In this document: piece after piece, positions 1 through 21,550 of the stretch
Position numbering within the stretch: position 1 is the stretch's first letter
Layout: every line of letters begins with the position of its first letter
Assembly: GCF_009914755.1 (NCBI RefSeq)
Contig: NC_060932.1
Strand: one strand, 5' to 3'
DNA length: 64,000 nt
DNA from: the human T2T-CHM13v2.0 reference genome, Homo sapiens
Notes under the pieces: model-generated
What the model saw: the letters and a program-made list of their open reading frames with translations, nothing else
Database searches by the model: none
Told to the model about the DNA's origin: nothing
Translations under genes and position numbers: made by a program

Positions 1-2346
1 CAAAACTGCCCAAAATTCCTCTTAAATTCCCCTTTTAAATTTTATCCCATTACTTAATCTTGTAAAAATAGCTCATGTGAAACTCCCTCCCCATTTCTCC
101 TTGATGTTCATGTATCTCTAGGTTGCCCCACTCCTTACTCTTAAGCAAGACCCAAGGATGGTGAGAGCTCCCACCTCACAGGAATTGTGAATGAAACAGC
201 AAACGAGTGAGTACAAGGAACTTGACCTTCTTCATCACGCTGTCCACACCACCCAGCCCTCTCGATAGGCTCCTGCACCCCAGCCTGGGATACAGTTTGG
301 GTGTTTTTTCCAGATGCCCACCAAGTTACTTCTTTATTTCAAGAACTCAAAGTCCTTCCAAAAGGAATGCAATCCCAGATGCCGGGAAACTGCAATGTGA
401 AGAGTGCAGTATGGACATGTTGGCATTGCCTGGGAACATCCCCCTTTCTGGATAACTAGGGGTGGGGGGACCAGATGGAGGAGAAGCACGACCTAGGGCT
501 GGTCCACACATACCACCCGCTGCATCATGTTCAACCCTTTTGCAACTGAACGGTCTGAATAAGAGATAAGAGAGCAGGAGCATATTTTTGTCTTTGCTCC
601 TGAGAGAGTTGGAGACTTGTCTCTTCTCTTCCTTGGCTTCCCTGGACCTTCCTGCGCCTTGAGCTGATTCAATGCAAGTGAATCTCACCCCAGCAGGGCG
701 ATAGCTCTGTCCGCATCACACAGAGGCGATTCGAGCAGCTGAAAAGGCCAAGTGGGGTAAGAGATGACAAAGAAATGAGTCATCCGGCCAGCAGAAAAAC
801 AGTGCAGTCTGAAAACAAGAAAGAGCGAAGAGAGGGAGGAAAAATGAGTCCTTGTTTCGCCTTCGCTGAAGAGGTGGGCGTCGAGGTCTGGGGCCAGTGA
901 CGGGATGCAGAGCAGAGTGAAAGCCAGAACAATGGACTCAGACTCGGGACCGCAGGGCGTGGCTGGGATGGACTTTGGGCCTCACCAAAGGGAGGTCCAT
1001 GAGTGCTCTGGCGAGACCCGGGTGAGAGATGACATTGGCGGAAGGGATGGAAGAGGCTCATTTTTATAAATAGACTTCTAATTTTGTTCTGTGTTATCTC
1101 CCTTTTGCTATATTTAGTAGCTTCTCAGGATCATCAAAGAACTGAAAAAAAAAAAGGCAAATGAGAAGAAGGAAGGAAGGGGGTAGGAAGGGAGGCACAG
1201 AAGGATAGAAAAGGAAAAAAAAGAAAGGATGAAAGAAAGGAAGGCCCCAAGGTTGGCTGACTTTTGCTGGGCTGGAATCCAGAATCACTGTATGAGAGGA
1301 GAGGTGGAATGCTGGTCCCCAAGACCCCAAGGCCTAGCCCTGTCAGGCCACCCTAGCACACAAAGTTGATTTTTGCAGATTTGCAAAAGGTACCCTCTCT
1401 GTTGGATGAAGTTCAGCAGTCTCAGGGCATGGCAGGTTGACAAAGAATCTGTGCAAATTAGAAAAAACAGAGTCCGTGGGTTGGCTGATAGAGTGCAGCC
1501 CGGATCTGAAGGATGTGTGTGTAGGCACCTGTGTGTAGGACACAGCCAGCATATCTGTGCTCGGCCAGCCCTGTCTGCTTCCAACCTGCATGTGCATCCT
1601 GCAGAGCAGCTCTGACCTTCCTGCCTGGAAGCCGTGTTTGGTCTGTTGGCTGTAGCAACCAGAGTGACTCTGTTCCTGGGCCCTGCCAAACAACCTGTGA
1701 ATGATGACTGTTCTTGGGGAAAACGGGAACAATAGTCTGGTAACCAGGAAGTGGGGTACCGTGCTGTAAGCTCACTTTCCTGGGAGATGTACTGTTTCCC
1801 AGAGCCAAGGATGCATGCCGTTTTGGCTGAGAAATTGATGATCATGCCAACCAGAAAGGTGGTGTTCATTTCTTTGGTGGCCACATGGGGAAATGATGGT
1901 CGATGGGCACCAGTGAGTAACTGATTCTGGATTGGGCACAGCCCCTGGAAAGGAGGAGGCCAGCTGGAGGAGGGACAGGGGAAAGTCAGTGGGGTGCTGT
2001 CTCAGTGCCTGTGTATTACATCCCCCTCTATCTGCCTCTACCGGCCCCATCTTCCCTCCATAAAAACCAGCTCCTAGGAAAGGAACTAATCAGCTTGTTC
2101 GCATAAGGTAAAAATGACTGAAAAATAATTAATGTGCTGTCCTTCCAAAAAGCATCTATATTTTGAGGCATAAAATCTCCTGCCAGCAATGCAAAACCAA
2201 GTGGGCTGGATGCTCCAAGGTTGCCTCCGGTGCTGACATCCTGCGGTTTCTGTTCTGTTGTGAGAACATACGACATGGGGAGTGTCACATGCAGTATAAA
2301 CTGGGAAACTCTTACAAATGGCACTATAGTTCTATTGTTTAAATTA

Positions 2347-9845
<7,499 letters not shown>

Positions 9846-11802
9846 GTAGATTCACTGAGCCAACTAAGGCATAAGTGACTCTTCCTCTGCCCCCCTCTCA
9901 TATGTAAATTGTGTATTCAGTGAAAGGCTGACAAAGACTCAGAAGAATGAAGCCTTCTCTTATCTACCTATGACCTGGAAGCCCCTACTTCGAGTTGTCC
10001 TGCCTTTCCAGACCGAACCGGTGCACATCTTACATACATTGATTAATGTCTCATGTCTCCCTGAAATGTATGAAACCAAGCCATACCTTGGCCACCTTGG
10101 ACATATGTCCTCAGGATCTCCAGAGGCCGTGTCACATGTGTGTTCTTAACATTGGCAAAATAAACTTTCTAAATTGACAGACCTGTCTCAGATACTTTTG
10201 GGTTCACAAAGGAGTGCCTGACTGTTTTTTGGAATCCTTTGAAATCTACTGGCCGCTGGCTCTGCTCAGCAACGTCAGGCCCTGGGGGAAATCAAAGCCT
10301 CAGTGAACTCAAAAACCAACAAAGGGGAACTGCTATTCCCAGCTATTCCCTGGCTGCCTGGACTGTCCCAGGCCTGTGATGAAGCAGGGGGAGCCGCAGA
10401 CACTGGGAGAATCCGACGCGAGTCATTGTGAAATAAACCAAGCTGGTCTTGGGGAGTCGGGCAGAGAAGGAGCATTTTGGAGACAAGGGCAGCTTTCATT
10501 TGCTCCTGAGATTTTGATCTGGGGCTTTATCATTTGATCCAGAGCTTGGAGGCTTGCATCTTTGAGAACATTTTAGGTGGAATAAATGGGTGGGCAGGAT
10601 GGAGCTATTCATATCTCAATACTCACAGTGTCCCTGCCAGTGCTGGAGTCCGACTCTGCCTGCACAGGAAGCACGCACCCAGCAGCTCATGCTGACCGTC
10701 ATGGATTGAGTCTAGATCCCAGAATGAGCGTTCTTGCCACAGCAAGTACTGCTAGGAAGTCACCTTTGAGGGGACTCCACCTGACAATGGTATTTGCAAG
10801 ACCCCTTCCCGGGACTGCAATGCACACGCATACACACACACACGACATTTTTTCTGTCATCAAGCAGCTACAGGAGACCACCATATTATTCCCAATTGGC
10901 CACCAAACACATCCTTGTTACCACACTTCTTTGAGCTTGAGTTGTCATTAGTTACCTGGGACCTCGGCGTGTTTTCGTCTTCCCTCCCTCCCTTCCTCTC
11001 TCCCTCCCTGTGAGGTTAAGAAAATAAAGATAATAACAGTGAAAATCTGGAGAACCCCACATGCTTCCTGCAGAGTGCTTTAGGAATAAAAGACATTAAT
11101 GTCAGTTTTTTCCCCTGTAATTAAAATGTCCTTTAAGGAGGACTGCACACTTGACTGATGCACCCTGGGCAAAAAGCCAGAGGGCCAAACTGACCTGTGG
11201 AGACTTGTAGGGGTGGCACCTAGGGAGATCAGAGGCATTTCTCTATCCCACGGGGTAATGTGGGGTGTGAAAGCCACCTGCTTCTCTCTCCCAGCACCTA
11301 GCAAATAGTGCTCTGGAAGTAAGTCCCCCTCTGCCCCATCCACAGCCTCAGTTCCTTTCTGGGGGTTCATCGGGGGAGGGAGGAAACTAGGGGACCCAGC
11401 GGGCCCTCCCAGCTGTCACAGGCACGTGTCCCAAGGCAGCCGATTTTGCTTTTATTGCTTGCTCGTCTTGAGGTACTCCCATAGGCTATTTGGGGCTTTT
11501 CTGTATCGTTCTTTTCACTTTCCCCTTTACTCTGTCAGCAGAGGCTTCTCCAATGAATGCAACCTCCCTAGTCTCCCTTTCCCCGACTGCCTCTCCCCTC
11601 CAAAACACTCCAGCCTATCCCAATCACATGCAAATGCAAACAGACATCTCCCCTCTGGAGTGGATTCTAGCGGATCCTCTAGTTGCCTGAATTACAAAGT
11701 TGGTCCCTTGGTTAAAGCATTCCTTCACTGGCTCAGCTTGCTGGAAAGACTTTTAAGAGAAAGAAGAGGAGACAGACCCCAAGGTACAGAAACCCGACCT
11801 AC

Positions 11803-11985
11803 CACGGCTTGCTCCTTCCCTTTCCTCGCAGAGGTTTTCTCTCCAGCCCTGGACTCCTGTAGGATCTCAGCTCTGAGCTCCCCACAGCTCCGGCCTCCTT
11901 TAAGTTTCCAGGCAGGGGGTGGGGTCGGTGGCCCCGGCTGGGCGGGTTTCTGTGTGGCGGGAGGATGCTCAGTGGACAGGGCCAT
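11803..11985 (-). other. PLAT: PLAT exon 1 (non-coding 5' UTR exon of tissue-type plasminogen activator)
   Basis: Minus strand reads ATGGCCCTGTCCACTGAGCATCCTCCCGCC...GAGCTCAGAGCTGAGATCCTACAGGAGTCCAGGGCTGGAGAGAAAACCTCTGCGAGGAAAGGGAAGGAGCAAGCCGTG, which I recognise as the t-PA mRNA 5' UTR. It ends at a canonical donor GTG|GTAGGT (11802-11797). The TATA-dependent start is ~11985 and the TATA-independent start is ~110 nt downstream (~11876). Confidence 0.95.
11915..11946. promoter_or_regulatory. PLAT: Two GC/GT boxes (Sp1/Sp3) upstream of the TATA-independent start
   Basis: GGGGGTGGGG at 11915-11924 and GGGCGGG at 11940-11946. Confidence 0.7.
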
Positions 11986-12006
11986 GAGGGAGCTGAGGCA
12001 GGCCTG

Positions 12007-12014
12007 TTTTTATA
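12007..12014 (-). promoter_or_regulatory. PLAT: PLAT TATA box
   Basis: Minus strand TATAAAAA, 22-29 nt upstream of 11985. Confidence 0.9.
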
Positions 12015-12057
12015 AAGCAGGGGGAGGAAGTTCACGGTGGAAGCAGCACAGCCCATC

Positions 12058-12072
12058 CTGGCTTCGGGCCAG
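12058..12072. promoter_or_regulatory. PLAT: NF1/CTF site in PLAT promoter
   Basis: cTGGC-TTCGG-GCCAg fits the TGGC(N5)GCCA NF1 palindrome, between the CRE and the TATA box. Confidence 0.7.
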
Positions 12073-12090
12073 GCTGATTATTCACAGCCG

Positions 12091-12098
12091 TGATGTCA
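12091..12098 (-). promoter_or_regulatory. PLAT: t-PA CRE-like element (TGACATCA)
   Basis: Plus TGATGTCA = minus TGACATCA, one mismatch to CRE TGACGTCA, ~110 bp upstream of the TATA-dependent start. Matches the known t-PA CRE. Confidence 0.85.
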
Positions 12099-13444
12099 TT
12101 GAATCGCAGGAATTTGGAAGTGGGATGGGACCTTAAGAATCATCTTCCTTTAGAGTCCTAGTGTCCCAGGCTTAAAAGGGACTTTCAGGACCCTGTGATG
12201 ACAAGAAGTGTTTATAATTCTAAAGGCAGCAGGTTGGGGCTGGGAGTGGGGTGTCTTCTGGAATCTGTGGCTGTAGCTCTGGCCTCTCAGGACATGAGAG
12301 GTTAAAAGGACTGGAGGATGCACAAGGATTGGAACACTTTGTGTGGTGGCGGGAGCTCAGGGGGGTAGCCACTGAGAAGGCAGGACCAGCCTTGGGCTCA
12401 CCTGCGGTAGGAGGTGCCCCCATGGGGGTTTGCTCCGGTAGGCATCTTTGGCCCTGTTCTGTAATTTTAGGGAGAATCTTTCTCTTCTTTGTAAAGTGCA
12501 GGGCTGCAGTAGGTGGCCTCCGGGGACTTTCCGGCTCCAGCATCCCCTTGAGTGGGCCCAGGGAATATACACAGGGCCTTGGGGCCAACATGCCTGAAAT
12601 TCGATCAAAGCCATCAGCCCTTAAGCCCACCGAAGCCTTTCAGTATTTGCTTGTAAAATGCCCCTGGAAATAGACAAGCCATTTCCCTTGCTGACACCTT
12701 TTCAGATGACTGAGAAATAAAAGCCCTGTCGTGTAGGGGAAAGTCTTAGGTTTAAATCCGGCTGTGCCAGTAACTGGGATATGACCTCAATCAAGATTTT
12801 CAACTATGCTGAGCTCTGGCTTTTGCATCTGCAGGTCACGTGAGGATCAGAGAGAAGCCACGCATGTCAGGGCCCTGGCACATCACAGGGCTCAGCAGGA
12901 GCATCTATCATCATTGGTTCATGTCTGGCTGAGACCAGACCTTGTAAAAATGAGAGAGAGGTGAAAGAAAGAACGCAGGGAGGGAAGAGAAGTTTGGCAG
13001 AGGAAATTGTGGGATGACCGACTATTCAGGAGAGGCCAGATTTCATACATTCTGATCCTAAATATACTCATATTTGTCAAACCATGAGTGCTGAGTTTGA
13101 AGTTGAAAGGCACCTAACTGCTTTTCACATTGCTTTCAAACTGTTTTTCACATTTTTATGAAGCTGCAGCCCTGCTGATGGTCATTGTAGAAAAGGGGCA
13201 CTGGGGTGGGTTGCCTGCTGAGCACGGGAGGTAGACCTCCCATGAGCAGCAGCAGCTGTGGGCCTGTCTGGTGGGCATGGGGCTGCTTTCCTGCAATGTG
13301 GTCTAAGATGGTGAGGATGGAGGCTTTTTTGGGGGGTGGGGCATTGCCGTTCAGCAGGGAGTGCTGGTCATGAGGACTCTCATTTGAACTCTTGAGAGGA
13401 TGGTTTTCCACTGAATGGTTGCACTTAAATCCTGGATCCTGAAC

Positions 13445-13835
13445 CTCTATGGAAAACAATATGGAGATTTCCCAAACTAAAAATAGAACATCCATTTGAC
13501 CCGGCAATCCCACTACTGAGTATCTATTCAAAGAAAAAGAAATCATTACATCAAAAAGACACCTGCACTCACACGTTTATCACACACAATTCACAACAGC
13601 ACAATTCACAATAGCAAAGGCACAGAATTAACCTAAGTGTCCATCAATGGAGGACTGGATAAAGAAAATGCACATATACACCGAGGAATACGACAAAGCC
13701 GTAAAAAACAATGAAGTCTGTCTTTTGGAGCAACATGGATGAAACTGGAGACCATTATCCTAACTGAAATAACTCAGAAACAGAAAGTGAACAACCACAT
13801 GCACTCACTTATAAATAGGGGCTAAACAACGGGAG
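13445..13835 (+). mobile_element. L1 ORF2-end/3' UTR fragment (L1PB/L1MA-like)
   Basis: Typical L1 motifs GGAAAACAATATGGAGATT, CAATCCCACTACTGAGTATCTA, AACCTAAGTGTCCATCAA and CAACATGGATGAAACTGGAG. Confidence 0.85.
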
Positions 13836-14947
13836 ACTGAGAGGAGAGGGTTTGCAGATCATTAGCAGGGGCCCTGAGCTTTGCTGAAATATACCCGAAT
13901 GATTAAGACCCAGCAATATCCTGCAGCCCTAGAAACTGGGGCCTCTGTGTTCCTTCTGAATTGAGATTGGTTTCCCTCGGACAGATTCTGGGGAAGCCTG
14001 AGAATGCAGAATTAGGCATGGGCAGGCTGATAAGGTGACAATGGGAGCCTTGATTTTAGTCAAGGGATCACTTCGAGGAAAAGAAAAGAACAGAAAAAAA
14101 GGAAAAAAATCTTGGTGACCTCACATCCTGTGAACATTTCATCAAAGCCCTTCATTTTCAAAAAAGAGAAATAAATCCAGGCCTAGATAACACGGAGACA
14201 AAGTGGGCACAGAGAAACTGGACGGGGAATTGCTGCAGGGCTTTTCCCAGCCAGCCTGGCTGTTTCTGCAGTGGGCGCCTCCCCCACAGAATGCATGAGT
14301 CATGGAGGTGGCGGGGGCAGAGAACAGGGGCTGCTCCAACCCTTCTCACTGGGGCAGGTGGCAGGATGGGTATTCGAACGAGAGCCATGCTGGGACTCTG
14401 CTCAGCTGGGTAAGAAATGATGTGATGTCTCTGGAAACTCAGAGAAAGGAAGAGTGGGCAAGAAACTTGTTTTTTTTTTTTTTATTTTCTTTTTTTTTTT
14501 TTTGAGACAGAGTCTTGCTCTGTCGCCCAGGCTAGAGTGCAGTGGTGTGATCTCGGCTCACTGCAACCTCCACCAGGTTCAAGCAATTCTCCTGCCTCAG
14601 CCTCCTGAGTAGCTGAGATTACAGGTGCCCGCCACCACGCCCAGCTAATTTTTTTGTATTTTTAGTAGAGACGGGGTTTCACCATGTTGGTCAGGCTGGT
14701 CTCAAACCCCCGACCTCGTGATCCACCTGCCTCAGCCTCCCAAAGTGCTGGGATTATAGGTGTGAGCCACCGCGCCCAGCCAAGAAACTTATGACAAGGA
14801 TGTTTTGGACCAGAAGACGGACATTCTGTGTCTAAACTAAGATTTAATTTTGGTAGCCATCTGGCTTTGCAGGGGATGGGGTAAATGTCATGATGGATCT
14901 AAAATCGGTGTTATTGTCGCACGCCTTGTCTAGGTCTCCATCTAGAC

Positions 14948-15474
14948 TGGGAATCCCCGGCCCTGGGGCCATGGGCTGGTATCTGTCCGTGGCCTGTTAG
15001 GAACCAGGCTGCGCAGCAGGAGGTGAGTGGCTGGAGAGCCAGTGAAGCTTCATCTGTGTTTACAGCCGCTCCCCATCACTCGCATTACTGCCTGAGCTGC
15101 ACCTCCGGTTGGATCAGCAGTGGCACTAGATTCTCATAGGAGTGCAAACCCTATTGTGAACTGTACATGCGAGGGATTGAGGTTGTGCACTCCTTATAAG
15201 AATCTAATGCCTGATGATCTGTCGCTGTCTCCCATAACCCCCAGATGGGACCATCTAGTTATAAGAAAACAAGCTCAGGGTTCCCACTGATTCTACATTA
15301 TGCTGAGTCATACCATTATTTCATTATATAATACAATGTAATAGTAATATAAATAAAGTGCACAATAAATGTAATCCTCTTGAATCATCCCGAAACTATC
15401 TCCCCTCCCTCTGTCCGTGGAAAAGCTATCTTTACAAAACTGGTCCCTGGTGCAAAAAAGACTGAGGACCACTG
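14948..15474 (+). mobile_element. MER1A hAT-Charlie DNA transposon
   Basis: Contains GGCCTGTTAGGAACC...AAACTGGTCCCTGGTGC...GGACCACTG, with an 8-bp TSD ATCTAGAC/ATCCAGAC (hAT NTCTAGAN-type target). Confidence 0.85.
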
Positions 15475-17058
15475 ATCCAGACTAGACGCCCATGGTGGTA
15501 ACAGCACCAGTTGTGTGAATTCCACACAAACAATGAGAAACATCAAAACAGGACAAGCTGAAGGCATGGGAAGGACTCTTACAAATCTTATTCTTGTTAA
15601 GAGCTGTTCACCAAACTGTAGGAGGAGGTCTTTATTCTTGCAACTCTTTGGTAAGTTTGAAATTATTTCAAAATATTAAGTTAAAAATTGGATTATTTTC
15701 TTGGAGCAGTAATTTTTTGAATATTTAGCCTGCTGACATGCATTTTTTAAATCCCCATACAAGATAATGATAAGTATTCAACATTGTTTTGACTGTCTAA
15801 ATACTGAAAATAACTTAGATGTCAAAACATAGGGGCCTAGTAGACTAGGACATGTTAGAATACTGCAATATTGTGTAGCCATTGAGATGACTGATAACAT
15901 AATTATACCGACATACCAAAATAAATCATAAAATTGCCTTGCCCAAAAGAAGAAGAAAATAAATTTGTACATGAGCTGTGATATAAATAATGTAGATCAG
16001 GCATGGTGTCTCACACCCATAATCCCAGCCCTTTGGGAGACCGAGGCAGGCAAATCACTTGAGATCAGGAGTTCGAGACCAGCCTGGCCAACATGGTGAA
16101 ACCCCATCTCTACTAAAAACACAAAAATTAGTCAGGCATGGTGGCGGGCACCTGTAATCCCCGCTACTCGGGAAGCTGAGGCAAGAGAATCACTTGAACC
16201 TGGGAGGTGGAGGTTGCAGTGAGCCAAGATCGTGCAACAAGAGTGAGACTCCATCTCAAAAAATAATAATAATATAAACACTACATAGATGTATGGATAG
16301 AGATTAGAAGATAAAACTAGGTGTTGGAGTACTGTCATTATTGGTCAATTGTTTTTCAGTTCCTTTAGTGATGCTTCTAAATGACTTTCATAAAAGTAGA
16401 TGTACTGGCTCCACACTGGGTGTGCCCAGCCCAACACTCTCTCTCTGGCACTGGAAGGACCTGGTTGTTCATGGAAGCGTGTCAGAAGAATAGGAATTTT
16501 CCTTAATAACTTATGATGGAGTATCCATGAGTTTATTCAAGTTATTTTTGAACACATCTAATTTTCAATCAATTCCTTTGTGGAGTGAGTTGAGTTTCTC
16601 AGGTTGGTTTGCTGATTCTCCGACACAGAACTTTCTTTCTCTGCTCCTAAATCTACCTCTTTTGAGCCTCCTAACACATCGCCAGCTATCAATCTTCAAA
16701 TACACCCCCGTGGTGAATGTGCAGGCTACTGGAATGAGCCTGGGGTTGGAAGTCAGAAAGTTTCCTTTCTCTCCTCTGAGGTCAGTTGCACGACTCTGGT
16801 CCAGTCCATTTACCTTTGATAAGCTATAGGTTCCTTGCGTTTCAGATAAGAGAAGTAAAGATGGAAAGAACTTTGCAAGGGAAAGCCTCGTACTGTTTTC
16901 TCAAAGATGAAGAAAGGAACTTTAAAGAGCCCCTGACTCAAATTTTTTCCAACTGCCTCCTAAGCTATGTTAGTGTTACACACATGAACAAGAACCAAGG
17001 CTACCAAGTTAAAAATTGAAGTACTCTCTTAGAGCAGTACTTTTTTTGAATATTTAGT

Positions 17059-17406
17059 TGATATGGTTTGGCTCTGTGTCCCCACCCAAATCTTACCTTT
17101 AATTTTAATCCCCATAATCCCTACAGGTCAAGGGCAGAAACAGGTGGAGGTAATTGCATCACGAAGGCGGTTTTCCCCAAGCTGTGAGTCTCATGAGATC
17201 TGATGGTTTTATTATCGTCTAGCATTTCCCCTCCTTGTGCTCATTCTGTCTTCTGCCGCCATGTGAAGAGGTGCCTTCCTCCATGATTGTAAGTTTCCTG
17301 AGGCTCTGCCAGCCATGGGGAACTGTGAGTCCATTAAATCTCTTTTCTTTATAAATTACCCAGTCTTGGGCATTTCTTTACAGCACCATGAGAACGGACT
17401 AATACA
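17059..17406 (+). mobile_element. THE1 (THE1D-like) MaLR solo LTR
   Basis: Runs TGATATGGTTTGGCTCTGTGTCCCCACCCAAATC...GAACGGACTAATACA, with a 5-bp TSD TTAGT/TTAGC. Confidence 0.88.
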
Positions 17407-18792
17407 TTAGCCCAGTGAAATACATTTTTTAAATTCCCATACAAGATAATGATAGGTCTACAACTTTGTTTTGACTATCTAAAAACTGAAAAACAATAGT
17501 AGTTTAAAAAAAAAACAATATCACTGGACTAAGTACAAGATAATAACAGGGGAAACTGCGGAGGGAAGAGAAGGGATAATAATATGGGAACTCTGTGCTT
17601 CCTGCTCAATTTTTCTGTAAACCTGAAACTGCTCTAAGGAATGTCTATTAATTTAAAAAATATTGACAGGAGGCAGTGGCTAACATCTATAATCCCAGCA
17701 CTTTGGGAAGCCAAGACAGGGGGATCGCTTGAACCCAGGAGTTTGAGACCAGTCTGGGCAACAGAGCAAGACCCTGACTCTGAGAAAATATTTTTAAAAA
17801 GCCATTCAGGGCTTGAACCTGGGAGGTGGAGGTTGCTGTGAGCTGAGATCGCGCCACTGCACTCCAGCCTGGGCAACAAGAGTGAAACTCCGTCTCAAAA
17901 AAAAGAAAAAACCATTCAGGAGGCTGGGGCAGGCAGATCACGTCAGCCCAGGAGTCCAGGGCTGCAGTGAGCTATCATCATGCCACTGCAGTACAGCTTG
18001 GGCAACAGAGCAAGACCCCCAACTCTAAAAATAAAAAGAAGAAAGTACTTGCAAATGAAAAATATGATCATTTCTGATATTATAAAATTATATCTAGAAT
18101 ATATTTATGTATGCATATTTTACATAAGAATTTAATTTTATTTGCAGAAATATTTGGTCTGTAAGAATATTCACTGCCATCTGCTTATTTATCCAACATA
18201 TCATAGCTAATGAATATCTGTAGGAATTCTATCACAGTCGTATAATTTTAAGGGTGTCTCTGGTCAATCTGTTTAGGAAAATTGCGCTACTCTTTATTTA
18301 ACTTAATTAATTAATTTTTTGAGACAGGATCTCACTCTATTGCTCAGGCTGAAGTGCAGTGGCATGATCTTGGCTCACTGCAACCTCCACCTCCCCAGTT
18401 CAAGTGATTCTCTCACCTCAGCCTCCTGAGTAGCTGGGACTACAGGCACACACCACCACGCCTGGCTAATTTTTATATATTTTTTTTATAGAGACGGGGT
18501 TTCACCATGTTGGCCAGGCTGGTCTCGAACTCCTGAACTCAAGGTATCCGCCTGCCTTGGCCTCCTAAAGTGCTGAGATTACAGGCATGAGCCACTGTGC
18601 CCAGCCTACTCCTTATTTTAAATGTGCAAACTCTGCAAAGTGGCTGTGCTGAGGCACTTCCAAATGCCACCCAGGTGGTGCTCAAGCTCTGGTTTCTGCT
18701 CTATGAGCCCTTCTTCTTCTGGACCTGGTGCCACCAACCCTTGCAGCCTCCTATGGAGGATGGTGCGTGTTTCCTTTCAGCCTTTCTGGTCA

Positions 18793-18948
<156 letters not shown>

Positions 18949-19019
18949 TTAAAAAATTAGTCAGGTGTGGTGGCACATGCATGTAGTCCCAGCTACTTAG
19001 GAGGCTGAGGTGGAAGGAT

Positions 19020-19880
19020 CCCTTGAACCTGAAAATTTGAGGTTGCAGTGAACTGTGATCCCATCACTGCACTCCAGCCTGGGAGACAGAGTAAAAGCCT
19101 GTCTCTAAAAATAAAAAATAAATAAACACATAAATAACACTGACAATAACCAAAACCAAGTGAATACAGATAATTCCTTCTGACCCCAGGGTGACCCCAG
19201 AGTCCCAGGCCATGGCTGTGTCTGGGGCAGGCTCCTTTGGGAGAGCGGCCAAAGCCCTATTCACCTCGGCAATGAGATCACTCAGACCTGGGGGGAGGCG
19301 CGTTCTGGGAGAGCGTGGTGACTTCCACAGCAGGGGCTCTTGCATCAGTTCTGGTTACCCACGGGAGACTGCATGTGCTCAGGGTGACAGGAACACCACT
19401 GTTTACATGGGACCCACCTCCCGCCATGGCATCACAGGACTCGCCGCTCCGGCCTCCTTCCTGAGTCAAGCATTTTTGTCCAGTGAATACAGCTTTGGTG
19501 TAGCTTTCCATAGCTCCTCTCTCCTCCCCGCCAGGGAAGTGATGCATATTTTATAGAGATGTTCTTTCACTTCACTCTAACTGTACATTTTTTCCTCTGT
19601 GAGGAGTTTGCGCCAATCGAAATGAACTTGAGATCATTTTCCCCCCAGGCTTTCTTTATCTAAGGGGCACAGGGCTTCCTGTCTGATTTTAGTCACCGAT
19701 TGGATTGATGGGCTTAATCACATCCCAAATGTTCGTTGTCCTATCTCCCTGTGTGTGCAGGACTGGCTCAGTCTGCAGCTTTTATTAGAAATCAACGGAA
19801 GCCACCAGAACACAGAGCCCTGAATGAACACTGTGGACCTGGATCATCCGACCTGAACTCCAATGTAGAAGAAAGCCCCT
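19020..19880. promoter_or_regulatory. PLAT: PLAT distal multihormone-responsive enhancer (~-7.1 to -8.0 kb)
   Basis: Contains the DR5, the GC box and GRE-like sites GAGACTgcaTGTGCT (19365-19379), AGAACAcagAGCCCT (19807-19821) and TGAACActgTGGACC (19825-19839), at the distances I recall for the t-PA enhancer. Confidence 0.8.
19181..19197 (-). promoter_or_regulatory. PLAT: DR5 retinoic acid response element
   Basis: Minus strand GGGTCA-CCCTG-GGGTCA, a perfect direct repeat with a 5-nt spacer, ~7.3 kb upstream of the PLAT start. Confidence 0.9.
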
Positions 19881-20016
19881 CTGTACGCACCTGCTGACCT
19901 GCCTGTCACCACCCTCACAGCTGTGCCGGGACAATGGCACAGACCCACCCATTCTAAAGTTACCATCTGATATGTGTGGGCTCATACAGAAAACATGCTG
20001 TAATGTGAAGACATAA

Positions 20017-20376
<360 letters not shown>

Positions 20377-20669
20377 TAACAGCACAGGAGAGGTTGTTGC
20401 TGAAGGTTTGCAAGGCAATTGCTCTGAAATCATATTGGAAACCAAAGCAGTAGGTGTGCTTCCCCAGTAGAGCGTGTTGACAGGGCCTTGGGGTTTAGAA
20501 TAAGAAGGGAAGAGTTTCCAGCATGTCAACGGGCATCGTGGTAATGGTTCACAATGGGTCATTGAGTCTAGGCTGACAGGGCAAAGGGCTGAAAGACAGG
20601 GAGGATTGGCGCTGAGGAGCCATGGAGACTCCAGGAGCAGGAGGCAGGGAGCTGGGAGGGCCATCACAC

Positions 20670-21550
<881 letters not shown>

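Noticed and set aside
1285-1884. 199-aa minus-strand ORF in PLAT intron 1
   Set aside because: No similarity to t-PA domains or any protein I recognise, and no supporting exon structure.
11426-12136. 236-aa plus-strand ORF and 86-aa minus-strand ORF (11725-11985) over PLAT exon 1
   Set aside because: The first is antisense across the promoter with a non-ATG start and no recognisable domain. The second starts at the cap-site ATG and reads through the splice donor. Exon 1 is non-coding.
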